In this document: positions 1 through 13,949 of the stretch, in pieces | Layout of the letters: every line of letters begins with the position of its first letter | How positions within the stretch are numbered: position 1 is the stretch's first letter | Notes under the pieces: generated by a model | Seen by the model: only the letters and a program-made list of their open reading frames with translations | Database searches by the model: none | Told to the model about the DNA's origin: nothing | Translations under genes and position numbers: made by a program | NCBI GenBank assembly: GCA_951406725.2 | Contig: OX597825.1 | Span: 57,970,001 to 58,034,000 of the forward strand | Direction of reading: 5' to 3' | DNA: 64,000 nucleotides | DNA from: Octopus vulgaris | Lineage: Eukaryota

Positions 1-469
1 GACGTAACTTGAGAAACTCTCTTATCAAAAGAGTAGTTTAACGTTGTTAATTATGGTAGTGGTGGCGGCGATTATGGTGGTAGAGGTGGTCTTGTGTGCG
101 AGTGCGCGCGTGTGTGTGTGTACTGATGGTTGAAGTGATGTGAATGTGGTTGTGGTAGTGTCGATGGTGACTTCGGCGGGGTGATAATGGTGGCTGTGGT
201 CGAGGTAGTGGTAGGGGTGATGTTGTGTGATAGTGATGGTGGTGTGGTGCTATGCATTATTGGTGGTAGTAATTGTAGAGGGGGTGGCCGTGGTGGTGAT
301 GACAACGATGGTTATGTTGCTGTTATTCTTGCAGTTGTATGTAATGGTGGTGTTTGCAACAGAAACACTCAGTAAGCTGTAAAATGAGAGCTAGGATCAG
401 CTGCTGTCTGACTAAGTTTAATATGTAGGTCTATATAACGAAAGAATTGTTCCAAAGCGAAATGACTTA

Positions 470-977
470 CCGAAAATCCTCGAGTATATTCCGACTTTGA
501 GTATAATACGCAGCAGATTTTTAGGGGGCTGTACCTCTGAAAAACCTAAACCTTGTCTATAATACGCACCCCTTCTCTAACTTGAGTCAAGGAGGTCTAT
601 ATAATGACCTTGGTTTGTAAAACTGTATACGGTAACGTCCTTTATTATTATTGTATATATAACATAATGCAAACGTGTAGCTTTTTTGTGCATTTTGTTT
701 GCAGAAAATAAAGATATCACAGTAATAACGTTTAATAAATGTTACTGCAAGTTATGGATGATTCTTTTATGACTTCATTGCTTTCAGGCTTAGCTTAAGG
801 TATTTTCGAGACCGACATCACAAAATGCGTCTGAATAAAAATTGCCGGACAGCAAACAGAGACTCGGACATTGCTTAGAAAATATTTTTCATTTCTAACC
901 TCGTATATAGTACACACAAGGGATTTTGACCTTCAAATTTTGGAGAAAAAATGGGGATTATACTCGAGGATTTACGG
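470..977. mobile_element. MITE, pogo/Tigger-like (duplicate at 33299-33806)
   Basis: TIRs CCGAAAATCCTCGAGTATA and TATACTCGAGGATTTACGG, each flanked by TA. No ORF. Confidence 0.75.
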
Positions 978-2024
978 TACTTCACATATCACACTCTCTT
1001 CCGAACAACCATGGACACGAGACGACTTTATTGTCCAATAAACGTATACTTTAGATCTGATTTAGATTAGCTAATGATCATGATTACTGATATAATCAGA
1101 TTGTCTTACATGAAACTAATGTTTTAAAAGACATCAGGGAAGAGTAAACTATTTTCGTTGGTGATGAGAGAGTGTGGGGACAGAGGGGATGATGATTTTT
1201 ATGAGAATGAATCGAAGGCATCATTCTCCTCCTTTGTCTAGGTCGAAGGTATTGTTAGATGATTTGATAGACCCATGATATCATCAACCTACTTTCATAG
1301 GTCAATGGTGTATAAAACTCCTTTGATAGATCGAAGATATATCGTGAAGCATATGCATAGATTGGAGATATCGCCAATCGCTTTTTATGGAACATTGTAT
1401 TCAGTTCTAACTCCATTTGTACCACCACCGCCGCCGCCGACACCACCACCGCCGCCACAGAATAACAATGTTATCTCGCTATCTACTAGAAACAGTGCCG
1501 AAATCTCTCTGAAACACGCTTCTACGCTCTACGAAAAGGACATATTAAATAATCTGATTCTGAATTGCCTGTACACTGGAAAATGATGGGATGGTCACAG
1601 CCAGAATGCCTACAGTCATAGGTTTACTTCATCGTAACAAACAACAGCAACAACAACAACAATAACAGCGGTAGCAGCAGCAACAGCAGCAAAGTGGAAA
1701 TATTTCTGATCGCTCGATCCGCTAGAAATAGTAATCAAACCAATTTGCCCTCCAAATTACATATTCTATAGCATGAAAGAGAAAAAACACGTTGCAATGA
1801 TACGATTTTGATATACTACCCGTATATCTAAAATCAGGATGCTCATGGTTAGAATGTACTTCATCATAGGACTGGTCTTTGAACTGAGGTTAAACACCAA
1901 TAGCAACAACACATTCTGTGTGATTCAAAGATATTTATGAAACACAAAACAGTAAAATTGTTGTATGATATATTGTGACGGAAATATAACAATGAAGAAA
2001 GAAAACGAACAGAAAGCTACTTAC

Positions 2025-2207
2025 GGATGACTTCTACTTCACACAAGGACAAAGAGGCGTATTTCTTGGCAGTTTTAATACAAACAGTTTCACCAACCAA
2101 CGGACGTTGACAAGATATATGAAGAATAGTTTCAGTTGATTTGCTTTCGTAGCATAACTGGGAACAGGGATCGTTTTTATCCCCGACAAATACATTCAAA
2201 CTGTAAT
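2025..2207 (-). CDS. Exon E6 (copy 1): C-terminal half of F-type lectin domain
   Basis: tttccattag acceptor, gtaagt donor, 183 nt, phase 1-1. Reads HYSLNVFVGD...CQRPLVGETVCIK...LSLCEVEVI, the canonical FTP end motif L.LCEVEV. Confidence 0.9.
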
Positions 2208-2789
2208 CTAATGGAAATAAATAACAAAAGTAGAACCTTATGCGCTTCAAACAAAGATATTTTTGGTGTTTAGAAAGATTAACATGATTTGATTTCAGAA
2301 ACGTACATTAAGTCCACTGCAGGTTGAGCACAGAAATGAGGTAGAGTGTCGTTTTAAGGTATGGACACTAGGCAGTCGTTAGAGATTGCCATAGGTCAAC
2401 GGGTCCATTTCAGATCTATGGTTGCTGTGGCTTGTTGTCAATAAATAAATACTAATGGACCCCGTGCATTGATTTTCCCGGGGAAAAATCATTGCTATCA
2501 AGATAGCCCTGGTGTGGTATGAAATAACATACTATAAAGCATTAAGTTATGCTATTTTACAACCATGTATGTTAACAATGAATAGTGGTTTACTTCTTTT
2601 TAAACAACAAATAGGAATTAAAATCAGCATGTAGGGTTTAAAGGGAGAAGTAAAAATGATCTTTTCACAAAGCAACTATGTCGTGGTGTATTGTGGAAGC
2701 AATAGTTGATAGGACAACAGTAAAAGAATGGCGTGAAAGCAGACATAGCAGTTAAGCAGTTCATTTCACCGAATGAAGACAGTGGAAAA

Positions 2790-3010
2790 GCTCATCAGTG
2801 AAGCTCTATTTGCAGATTACTATGATCTGATGGCACACAAGGAAAATCACCGTAGACCATTGTCGACCGCTTTGCAGAAGCGTCAAAGCTCTTTAGACTG
2901 ACCATCAGCCTTGAGAAAACGGAAGTCGTTGTCAAAGCAGCCCTGAACGAAATTCGTCACCAGCCAAACATCACCATTGATGAAGTCCAGCTGAAGTGTT
3001 TTGAGAGATT
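2790..3010 (+). mobile_element. Degenerate RTE-type LINE RT fragment (duplicate about 35610-35830)
   Basis: Translates in pieces as LFADY..MAH and IVDRFAEASKLF.LTISLEKTEV. Confidence 0.6.
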
Positions 3011-3207
3011 CAAGGACCCTGGCAGCACAATTTCATGCGATGGATCACTGGACAGCGAAATCTCTTCCAGAATCCACTAGGACAGCCAAGGACTTGGAAG
3101 ACAGACATACACAAATATATGCATGAATATATGTATTTATTTGTATGCGTGTATGAATGTGTGTGTGTGTGCGTGTGTATGTTTGTGTGTGTGTGTGTGT
3201 GTGTGTG

Positions 3208-3278
<71 letters not shown>

Positions 3279-3774
3279 CGTGTAGATCGGTGTTGGGCCG
3301 ATATAATGGGTTAGAATATTGAAGGCTGTGCCTCAGCAAAGCCGAAGTCTTATGACGAAAGGAGTAAAATAATAAAAGACTTACAAACATAGGAAACATT
3401 GATTTCAAATAATGACGCAGCGCCACACATTTTGTGCGGGGTAGTGATGGGGGTGGCGGCGGTAGATTATATTCACAACATCCACCCGGACTTGACTAAA
3501 GCCACCCGGATACTTTGCGCATATTGATTGAATAAGTTGACAGTTTTACTTTGGGATGGCACTGCTACTTAAGGTATACCACATAGCTGTCTGGGTGACA
3601 GCACATACTACTATCACCGCCACCACTACCACCACCACTACCACCACCACTACAACTACTAACACTACCACTACTATTAACACCACAAGCTCCTGCCAAT
3701 ACCACCACCACCACCACATCCACCACTACTAAACAATCTGTGTTTTGCGAGTGGTTAAAAACTTCTCTACTTAC

Positions 3775-4026
3775 GGAAGAAACTGTGAGCGTATATCCTA
3801 ATCTGGTTTATAGTATAATTCCTGTCCAGTATCACATACCAATAACTTTTGCTGGAACTTTCCTGCGTGCGACTACACGACTTGTGCTGGAAGTTTTGGT
3901 TGTATTTGCCATCTACAGCAAAACCTGCTGTGGCCAAATACTTGGAGCTGCAAAGTTTGCGACCATCCAGGAATTTAACTTCAAAATCAGACGACTGGAA
4001 AGCTGGTCGGCCAAGGGCAATGTTTT
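3775..4026 (-). CDS. Exon E5 (copy 1): N-terminal half of F-type lectin (fucolectin/FTP) domain
   Basis: tttcag acceptor, gtaagt donor, 252 nt, phase 1-1. Reads ENIALGRPAFQSS...AGFAVDGKYNQNFQHKSCSRTQESSSKSYWYVILDRNYTINQIRIY. Confidence 0.92.
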
Positions 4027-4051
4027 CTGAAATGTTATATTAAATAATTAC

Positions 4052-6045
4052 TTTAACCTTACAGTTAAAAATTATACGCACTCTTGTGTTTTCAATGTAT
4101 TTAAACAAAAACAGAGGATAAACATGTACAGGCGTAGGACAAAATAATGGAAACACCTAGCATCATAGTATCATAATTTTGAAATATCTATAAAACCGTC
4201 AAAAGCTTGTTTATTTTAATGTTTCTTTGATTCTTTCTTAGTGTTGCTTAATATGTTTTGCTAAAGTTGCAGTTTCTTTTCAGATATCACCAGAAAAAGG
4301 TAATTAAAATTTATTAAAATGACAGATCTATCAGACTTTCAAAGAGGTCAAATTGCTGGTGATCGTATGGCAAGCGCTAGCGAAACGAAAACAGCCAAAA
4401 TGTTTGATGTCTCAAGAAGTACTGTCTCGGAAGTAATGACAGCCTTTGAGAAAGAGGGGAAAACCTCCTCGTGGAAACAAAACTCCGGAAGAAAACCAAA
4501 ACTTTCAGATAGGGACCATCGGACTCTTACGCGAATTGTTAGAAAGGAACAGAAAAGTACAGCTCCAAAATTACTGCATAGCTTAATGACCACCTCTAGA
4601 ACCCAGTTTCCACAAAAGCTGTTCGTCGGGAGCTGCATAAAGCCAGATTTCACGGGAGAGCTGCAATCAGAAAACCATTACTTTTAAAAACAAACGTTGC
4701 AAAGCATTTAAAGTAGAGTAAACACCTACAGAATTGGTCCCTTGAGAAGTGGAAGAATGTTATTTTCTCGGACGAGTCATCATTTACCATATTCCCGACC
4801 ACCGGCCGAATATAAGTGTGGAGACAGCCAAAAGAAGCATTGGACCCAGACTGCCTTCTTTCAACTGTTAAACATAGAGGAAGATCTGTGATGATCTGGG
4901 GATGGGGGTCTGTATCTTGGAAATCCACCGGCCCAATGGTTTCCCTTCATGGCAGAGTTAATAGTCAAGACTATTTAAGCATTTTATCGCATCAAATTCA
5001 TCCTATGGTTGCAGAACTGTTTCCGGAGGGAAACGTAATCTTTCAGGATGATAATGCTCCAATTCACACAGTTAAAGTTGTTACTGAATGGCATGAGGAA
5101 CATTATAGTGAAGTTGAACATCTCATCTGGCCACCACAGTTCCCAAATCTCAATATTATTGAACATTTATGGTGCATTTTAGAAAAACAAGTAAGGAATC
5201 AATATCCTCCACCATCATCACTACAAGAACTGGAGACTGTTTTAGCTGAAGAACGGGCAAAAATTCCTTTGGAAACAATTCAAACTTTGTATGAGTCCAT
5301 ATCCTTAGAGTTCAAGCTGTAATTACTGCCAAAGGAAGTCCTACCCCATATTAAAATTAATTTGTTTGAAATTTTAAGGTGTTTCCAATATTTTGTCCAA
5401 CCCCTCTATATCATTTTTCTATATAGTCTCCTTCCTTTTCAATGCACTTGGTCCAACGGTCTACAAGCTTGCGCATTCCCTCCATGAAGGTTTTCGGTTA
5501 GTCGTATAACCATTTATGTACCACTTCCTTCACATCGTCATCATTAGAAAATCGACGACCACGTAAGCCACCATTGAGGAGTCCAAAGACATGATAGTCG
5601 GAAGGAGTGAGATCTGGGCTGTAGGCAGGGTTATCCAGCACCTCAAAACCCAATTGGTTAATGGTTTCACCGGTTTGGGCAGCCGTACGTGGGCGTGAAT
5701 TGTCATGCAACGACAAAACTTTATTCTACAATAGGCTTCGGCGTTTAATGCGAATTGTTGGCTTCAGTTTGTTGGCCGGCAAAGCACCATATCTAGCACT
5801 GTTGATCGTACACCCCTTTTCCAGAGAAATCGAATCACTACTCTTTGTTCTTTTTTGATGCACATTGCAAGTAGAGCGGCCATGCATACACTATAAAGCC
5901 TGAAAGAAAAATGCGCTTTCAGGCTCAAACTTCGAACACATAACCACAATAGTACTAACTATAAGCACGCATGCGCAGAAGTCAGTGTGACAATAATAAA
6001 GATATGTTATGGTGGAAGTGCGGATAATTTTTGACTTCCTCAGGT
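4052..6045 (-). mobile_element. Internally deleted mariner (DD34D) relic, interrupted by a Tc1 element
   Basis: Translated segments CIKKEQRVVIRFLW and LHDNSRPRT...PAYSPDLTPSDYHVF...GRRF. Degenerate TIR pair cagttaaaaattatacgcact (about 4062) and agtgcggataatttttgactt (about 6016). Confidence 0.75.
4129..5406 (+). mobile_element. Tc1-family transposon with DD36E spacing and frameshifted transposase
   Basis: TA-flanked TIRs CAGGCGTAGGACAAAATAATGGAAACACCT and AGGTGTTTCCAATATTTTGTCCAACCCCTC. Motifs MTDLSDFQRGQI (HTH), GRKPK, FSDES and FQDDNAP...NLNIIEHLW. Confidence 0.93.
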
Positions 6046-6696
6046 ATGTATTTTTTAAAATAAAATTCATGCGTGTGCAGTAATTTTCTCTTCCAGCAAA
6101 GTCAACCCTATGGTTTTGAAACACGCGTTGTTAAAGCGATGTTTTCACGTTGTTCTAACTGATAATGATGATGATGATGATGTTTAACCACTCCTTCGCG
6201 TCGGATACATATTTGATCGAGCATACCAATAACCAAAAGTATTTCAGCATTAAACCTCGTGTCTTCTTTTTTTTTTTTTTTTTTTTGATTATCCAAATAT
6301 CCAGTGTATCCTTCCTTTACCACGAGTAAGTGATTCAAGGAGATTTGGCTATTATTTCTGACTAGCCGAAAGATCACATTGAGTTTCCATCCTGACTAGC
6401 AGTTTATTGTAAAAGTAGTTTCCTAAGAATATCCCTCGTTCGAAGTTATACTGAAATGTTCAAATGTTCATGTCAATGGCGTAGATTCTCAGATGTGCAG
6501 TCATCCATAGAAGAAAAAAGTGTAGCATGCCTTCACATTTTTTAACAAGTTTATTGTGCATGTGCACTGGTCGCTATGCATTTATCATTACTCAACCATA
6601 CCTTTCCAACTTTAAAGCATGCACATTAAAGAACTAAATAAATAATCTTAAGTTATAAAAGCAAAGAATTTGGCGAAGTATCATCTTTCGTTTTAC

Positions 6697-6840
6697 CGTA
6701 AGTTTGATATTGACACGAAGATCCTGTTCTTCCGGGTTCACAACCTTCTTTACAATGGCCCGTTATTTGGTGACATGTTGCTCCGTTCTTACACCGACAT
6801 TTATGTGTACAATCAAGACCGAATAATTCTTGTGGACATC
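6697..6840 (-). CDS. Exon E4 (copy 1): laminin/MEGF-type EGF-like repeat
   Basis: ttcttcag acceptor, gtaaaa donor, 144 nt, phase 1-1. Reads GCPQELFGLDCTHKCRCKNGATCHQITGHCKEGCEPGRTGSSCQYQTY. Confidence 0.93.
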
Positions 6841-6949
6841 CTGAAGAATTTTAATTTGAAAAATATATAAAAACATTGGTTATCTTAAAATATTTTTTTA
6901 GTGTGTTAAAATTTGTAATTTGAAAATATTTTTTGTAAATAAATAAGCA

Positions 6950-7021
<72 letters not shown>

Positions 7022-7022
<1 letters not shown>

Positions 7023-7576
7023 GAGTGAGTGAGAGAGCAGTGCATGTCATCAAAGTGAGACTGGGGTAAAATATACGAAGCCAAGTATACCCATCATGAC
7101 TACCTGTCTGATAAGGATACACCAGGTACAGGCATCACAATCATGTGCGTGACATGGTGATCTTATATCAAGATAAACAGCGCATGACCTTGCAGGTGAG
7201 CCCCAGTTAGAATTTTCTTCTGGTCGAGTAGCGAGCCCATCCCACTCAAAAGGTTCCTGAATAAGGGTGTTTAAGGAGTTGGACGAAAAACCCATGTTTC
7301 CAGAAGCGAATTATTCAAACTCCAAAAAATTCCTCTCAATACATGGCTATGATGCTCCCCCACTACTTCTGCTCATGATCAGAGATGCACATATCGTCAG
7401 CCACTAAGGGAAATGCTCAAATGGTTACGGTCAAACAACTGACAAACAAATCTGTGGTATTGAGCAGAATATTTGCTGTAGCCCATCTTTTCACCAAGAC
7501 AAAACAATGTACATGATAACTGAAATCAGTTATAATCAGAAGTCATGAGAGCCACTGCCTGGTACTGCATCAGTGC

Positions 7577-7580
<4 letters not shown>
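7022..7580. mobile_element. Non-coding about 560-bp repeat inserted in (ATT)n tracts (other copies 15246-15792, 23368-23540, 37970-38243)
   Basis: Four homologous copies in the window. Most begin tgagtgagagagcagtgcatg directly after (att)n. Confidence 0.75.
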
Positions 7581-7630
<50 letters not shown>

Positions 7631-7633
7631 TTA

Positions 7634-7686
<53 letters not shown>

Positions 7687-7714
7687 CATTATTATTATTA
7701 TTATCGTTATTATC

Positions 7715-7756
<42 letters not shown>

Positions 7757-7759
<3 letters not shown>

Positions 7760-9354
7760 TAGTTTTATTTTTATTTTTATAGCGTGCTTTCACTTCACTA
7801 CCGAGCGCAGCTCTGTGTGCCTTGGGTATGTGCTGTGATTTGTTGTGATGCTCTGATGGTTATTGTATGGAAAGTGTTCTGCGTAGGATGTGTGCAGTGC
7901 CTAGTAGTGCAATTTTCTGTATGTTATATGTGTTTGTAAGTCCTGGTGTTTTTGTTATGTATTTGTCTGAATATTTTTTTATCATGCCTAATGCACCTAC
8001 TATGATAGGAATTGTTTCTGTTTTCAGATTCCACATTCTAGTTACCTCTATTTCCAGGTCTTTGTATTTTGAGAGTTTCTCCATTTCTTTTAGAGACACG
8101 TTGTCATCTGCCGGTATTGATACATCAATTAGAAAGCATTTTTTTTCTTCATGGTCTCTGACAACTATATCTGGTCTGTTTGGCCTTAATTTCTCTATCT
8201 GTGTGTATCGGCATATCCCAGAGTATGGTTGCTTTCTCGTTTTCTGTGACCTTTTCTGGTGTGTGCCTATACCATCTTTTTTCTGTTGTTATTCCATAAT
8301 GTTGGCATAGCTTCCAATGTATGTAAGTTCCAACTCTGTCATGTCTGTGAATATATTCCTTCTTAGCCAGAACTGGGCAGCTAGAGATAATATGATTTAT
8401 TGTTTCTTGTCCATCTCCACATATTCTGCAGTTACTTGTAATATTTCTTTTCATTACATGTCTTTGGTAATTTCTGGTGGGGAGGCTTTGGTCTTGTGCT
8501 GCAATTAAAAATCCCTCTGTTTCTGCTTTGAGTCCTGAGCTTCTCAACCATTGCTGGGATTTTTCTTTGTCTATTTCTTTTGCGTTTAGTTTAGTCCAGT
8601 ATTTACCATGAAGGGGCTTTTCTTGCCATCGTTTTATCATGGTTCGTTGCTGTTCTATTTTTAGTTTGGATTTCATTTTTTTTATAGCTTTTGTTGTTTC
8701 TTCATCTTCTTCTTCTTCTTCATGTTTATTAGGTGGTATGATTTCTTGTTTGTATTTGTCAGCTTCCTTAAATACTGAGAACAGTTTTTTGTTTTGCTCG
8801 TGTTTTGCCGCTATCTGGATCAGTTTTCCTTCCTTCTGAAGTAGATATTTTTGCAGTCCTATGGTGGTTATTTTATAGTAGTTTTCCAGCTGTATAAGGC
8901 CTCTACCACCTTCTATACGTTGTATATATAGTCTTTCTATGTCAGATTTTGGGTGATGCATCCTAGATCCTGACATTATTTTTCTTGTTTTTCTGTCTAT
9001 TTTGGTCAGTTCATTTCGTGTCCAGTTAAGGATATTGTAGCTGTAACTTATAACTGGGACAGCTAAAGTGTTGATACCTATTATCTTGTTTTTAGCATTG
9101 AGCTCTGTGTTTAGTATTGATCTAACTCGTCTATAATATTCTTTTTTTATTTTCTCTTTCATTTGTGTGTGTTGTGTCTTTTCTAGTTCATGGATTCCTA
9201 AGTATTTGTAAGTTTGGCTTTGGTCTAATTCTTTTATTTCATTTGCTTCATCTAGTGTGATGTTGTTACTCTTAACTAGTTTTCCTCTTTTCATGGTTAC
9301 TTTGGCGCATTTTTCTAATCCAAATTTCATATCTATTTCTTTGGTAAATCCATG
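7757..9354 (-). mobile_element. 5'-truncated R4/Dong-like RT-REL non-LTR retrotransposon
   Basis: RT C-terminus (FGLEKC, YKYLG, GGRGL), CCHC finger CRIC..HIISSC and REL motif KYKDLEIE..IIVGALG. Both ends are embedded in (TAA)n. Confidence 0.9.
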
Positions 9355-9849
<495 letters not shown>

Positions 9850-10170
9850 CTTAAGGTGGTCAGCTGGCAGAATCGTTAGCAGAACTTCGTCCATCTTTCA
9901 CGTTCTGAGTTCAAATTCCGCTGTGGTTGACATTTCCTTTCATCCTTTCAGGGTCGATAAGTAATGTACCAGTGAAACACTCGGATCGGTATAATTGACT
10001 GGTCCCCTCGCCTCAAATTTCAGGCCTTGTGCAACACTAGCAACACTAGCACCAACAGTAAACCCAACATCTGCAACAACAACAACAACAACAACCGCGT
10101 ATATCAACAACAAAAATTGCTACCATCGCTACAAACAACAGCCACCAGCACCACCAATGCTACCACCAGC

Positions 10171-10202
<32 letters not shown>

Positions 10203-10466
10203 CCGTTCAAGAATTTGGACCTGGAGATCTCCATTTCCAGCGACTTCGAGGGCCACCTCCCAGTGGTGTCGAGCGTCAATGAAGAGCCCTCGACTACAAC
10301 AAGACGACCAAAGTTTTTTTACCAACGTCTGGGGTCTTCCGCCCCTAAGCCCTAGACCATCACCTAATCCCCCTTACCCGTCTTATTGCTTAACAACAAC
10401 AACAACCAACAACAACAACAACACCACCACCACCACCAGTAACAGCAACAACACCGACAACACAAT

Positions 10467-10533
<67 letters not shown>

Positions 10534-10605
10534 GGTCCTTCGTTGAAACGTTTCTTAAAATTCACTGACTTCTAATTACTGTATGTGTGATAATATAATA
10601 CTTAC

Positions 10606-10788
10606 CAGACATTTGTAAGTTCTCGATACAGGCGTTGCTTCCATTTATGTGCAACCTGTCAGTACTGATATCGCCCGTGCATGAGACGGTCGTATAAGAA
10701 CTGACGTCGGAACGGTTTGGTGAATTACGGTTGAATGTACAATTGAGAGGTTGATTTCCCATCGAAGTGATATAAACTGGTTTTTTAA
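10606..10788 (-). CDS. Exon E3 (copy 1): second half of a probable degenerate lectin/galactose-binding-like domain
   Basis: atttcag acceptor, gtaagt donor, 183 nt, phase 1-1. Reads VKKPVYITSMGNQPLNCTF...TVSCTGDISTDRLHINGSNACIENLQMS. Open in both copies. Confidence 0.85.
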
Positions 10789-11299
10789 CTGAAATTAATA
10801 GTATGTGAAATATGATAGCAGACTGCATACTGAAAATACTAGAAGAGTTAGAGAGTGTTATTAATTATTTAGTTAATCAATTTAAACGTTTGTGTAAAGC
10901 TGATAAACCTCAACAGAGGAAAAATTATGTAATACCTCTTATATATAAGGAATGAAAAAAATTAAAAAGAAGAAAATGGTAGAAAGAAGAAAAATATAAT
11001 TTTTCAGTTTTTAGATCTTTTTGTTGCGCAGTGAAACCTCTGCTGGGTTTGAACTATCGATTTCACGTTCCTTTCTTATACAGAACCAGGACCTAATGTA
11101 TCCCCATAAAAGGAAATGTGTCCATAAAAGATACTAACGCTTGTGTGAATATTAATCGATCAATCAGCACTGGCTAACTTATGACCGAATATTGTAGAAC
11201 TCTGGATGTTTATTGGTAAGTATGCAAGATGGAAATTACAATACTTGAAAACTAAATCAAATTTTAGTTTGGTCATTGTCTTTAATAACAACTATATCT

Positions 11300-12540
11300 T
11301 AGGTTAACCACCAGTATATTGAGAGTGCCGCTCTACTCCATTTCTAAATGCAGGAACCGATGTCTCATTAGGCAGCTCTTCAGCTCTTCAGCTGCGAAAT
11401 CAGAGCTACCAGGGCCATCATGACTTCTATCGAATCAAATGTTGTGACTCTAGACAAGATTTATCTTATTCTTGATACTCGTTCTTGCTGCATCAGTCAT
11501 CCTTTCTCTTGAAGCAAATGTAATGGCTCGCATTCTCAGTAGCATCGGATAATGTTTTAGCAACCTCTCTTCTCTCCTTTGCAGCTGGTTCAAGACTTCC
11601 GATCATCGAGCGAATCTGGGTTCCAACAAATTCTCTAATGCCTATCACCGCAGGAGAGTATTTTATGACAAGATTGATTCTATTGAGAGTAAAATGTGAC
11701 AAGTGATATTTATCACCAGAGTCAACAAAAACCTTGTAAGTCCCCTCCTATTTCGGGTCATTCGTCTTTCTTACAGTGCATGTCTTGAAGCGTTCACCTT
11801 CCCTACAAAACTTAATGTTCCTATGTTCTACTACTTGTGATCTTTCGCCATTTTTAATTCGTTTTAACCTCTCTACCATTGCATCAACCATTACTCTAAG
11901 AACTTGGTTATGCCACCACGTGTATCTGTGCTCCACACCTAGTAGCCAATTACAAAAAAATATGCATCATCTTTCCAATTTCGGCACATTTTCACAGATT
12001 ATTCGCTTCTCTTTTCTTGTACCTTAGGCTTACAGAACTAAGAAGCATATCATAGACGGAGCGAACCAGAAAACTGATTCTGGTGGTTCCTATGACTAAA
12101 GTGTTTTCCATTCTACCTTTCGTCTAACCACAAACTCCTCCCAAACAGTACACTGTCTTCTTGGCTGAATTGTATCAGCATCATATAGCGACTTTGCACC
12201 TCTTTTTTTTCCTGACCGATTTGTCTACTGCAATGCTCTCCTACTCATTCGTGGCATGATATGGATTAAATTCCTTGTTTCCAAGACCTTCCTTATTGCT
12301 CATTGTGCGTGACCCACTATATCTCCACATTGTAGGGCACCACAAATTTCTTCCTTGCCTCAAAAGCAATCCACTTTCTTCCAGTCCTTATCTCTGGAAA
12401 GACAGGAACTAATGATGTAATTGTTTAAATGGTGCAGTAGCCGCAATGATTTGGATATCTTATTTATGGTTGGTGGATCCTAGAAAATAAATTGCACCTC
12501 TTCCGTTGGAGACATTTTCAAAGCCATTTTAAGAGACTGG
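11300..12540 (-). mobile_element. Degenerate RT-REL non-LTR element (HERO/NeSL-like) 3' part (duplicate about 39150-40400)
   Basis: RYTWWHNQVLRV...IKFCREGE resembles the post-zinc-knuckle motif of REL LINEs. Many stops. Boundaries approximate. Confidence 0.55.
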
Positions 12541-13119
12541 CAATTTTTGCATTACAACAGATAATGTCGTAAGCTCATTGAATGGCTTGCAGACTAATAT
12601 ACTTGTTTGTCATCTTGTCTTAGATACATCAAATACTTGGTACAATGTTCTCCACAGTAAGAGTGAAATGTAAAGATGAGACGTTTATGCTAACCTTAAA
12701 ACTAATAACGAAATGAAACGGTTTTAATCATGAATCGAAACCAAAAGTTGCAGACTCTTCAAAACTTCAGTATCTTACCTCAATTACATCTGTAGGATTT
12801 CCCCATTCGAATATTGATTATTGAAATATTAATTCTATTTGTTTTAGCAATCACACATTTTTGTGTGAATGAATAGAGGTTGGACACAGAATTCTTTTAA
12901 TGTCTTTAAACTTTCATTAATTGTTAAGATTTTGCTAGAGCAGAAATTAGATATGCGAGTGAGAGGTATCAGCTACTTCGATTAATATATTCCATGAAAA
13001 TCGTTCGCAGCAGACATCCATAATAAGAGAGCTTCTTTGTGGTCACGCAGTTCGCTAGAAACAACATCTAAATGCTTTTCAAATCACATCCAGTTTTATT
13101 TGATATTTTCTTTATTTAT

Positions 13120-13636
13120 GCGCCCTTTTCAAGCCTAGCCAGTCTCATGGGCCCGGTTTCCCGGTTTCTGTGGCGTATGTGCTTCCCCCAGCTAGACGGG
13201 ACGCCAGTCTATCGTAGCGTTACCCAAGAAACAGGAAGAAATAGTGAGAGAAAGTTGGGGCGAAAGAGTACAACAGGGGTCATCACCACCCCCTGCCGGA
13301 CCCTCGTGGAGCTTTTAGGTGTTTTCGCTCAATAAACACACACAACGCTCGGTCTGGGAATCGAAACCGCGATCCTCCGACCGCGAGTCTGCTGCCCTAA
13401 CCACTGGGCCATTGCGCCTCCTGCGCCCTTTTAAAGCCTAGCCAGACTCATGGGCTTGGTTTCCCGGTTTCTATGGTGTATGTGTTCCCCAGCTGGACGG
13501 GACGCCAGTCCATCGCAGCGGTACTCATTTTTGCCAGCTGAGTGGACTGGAGCAACGTGAAATGAAATGTTTTGCTCAAGAACACAACGCGACGCCCAAT
13601 CCAGGAATCGAAACCACAATCTTACGCGCCTCCACC
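13120..13636 (-). mobile_element. Two tandem tRNA-derived SINEs (duplicate about 41000-41550)
   Basis: Minus-strand head ggaggcgcaatggcccagtggttagg...ggtttcgattcc has A/B-box-like motifs. Both units share the 3' part. Confidence 0.75.
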
Positions 13637-13949
13637 TTTGATATGGAAAGTATATATCGGACTTTGTAATCCTAGAAAACTAAACAATACGGCATGATTA
13701 CAGTTTGATTGCATTTTGCGACTGATCTGGAGCCGAACATTATCATAATCGTCGTCGTCATTGTCATCGTCAGCTTTGACGTCGTCGCCAATATCATCAT
13801 CATCATCATCAGCAGCAGCAGCAGCAGCACATCATCATCATCATCATCAACAACAACAACAACAACAACAACAATAACAACAACAGCAACAACAACAACA
13901 ACAAAGCAACAACATCATTAACAGGAACAACAATAAAGAATCTACTGAC

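Noticed and set aside
3010-3426. Numerous HT/CV/YI/poly-I/poly-Y ORFs across the window
   Set aside because: They are translations of (CA)n, (TA)n, (TACA)n and (ATT)n microsatellites.
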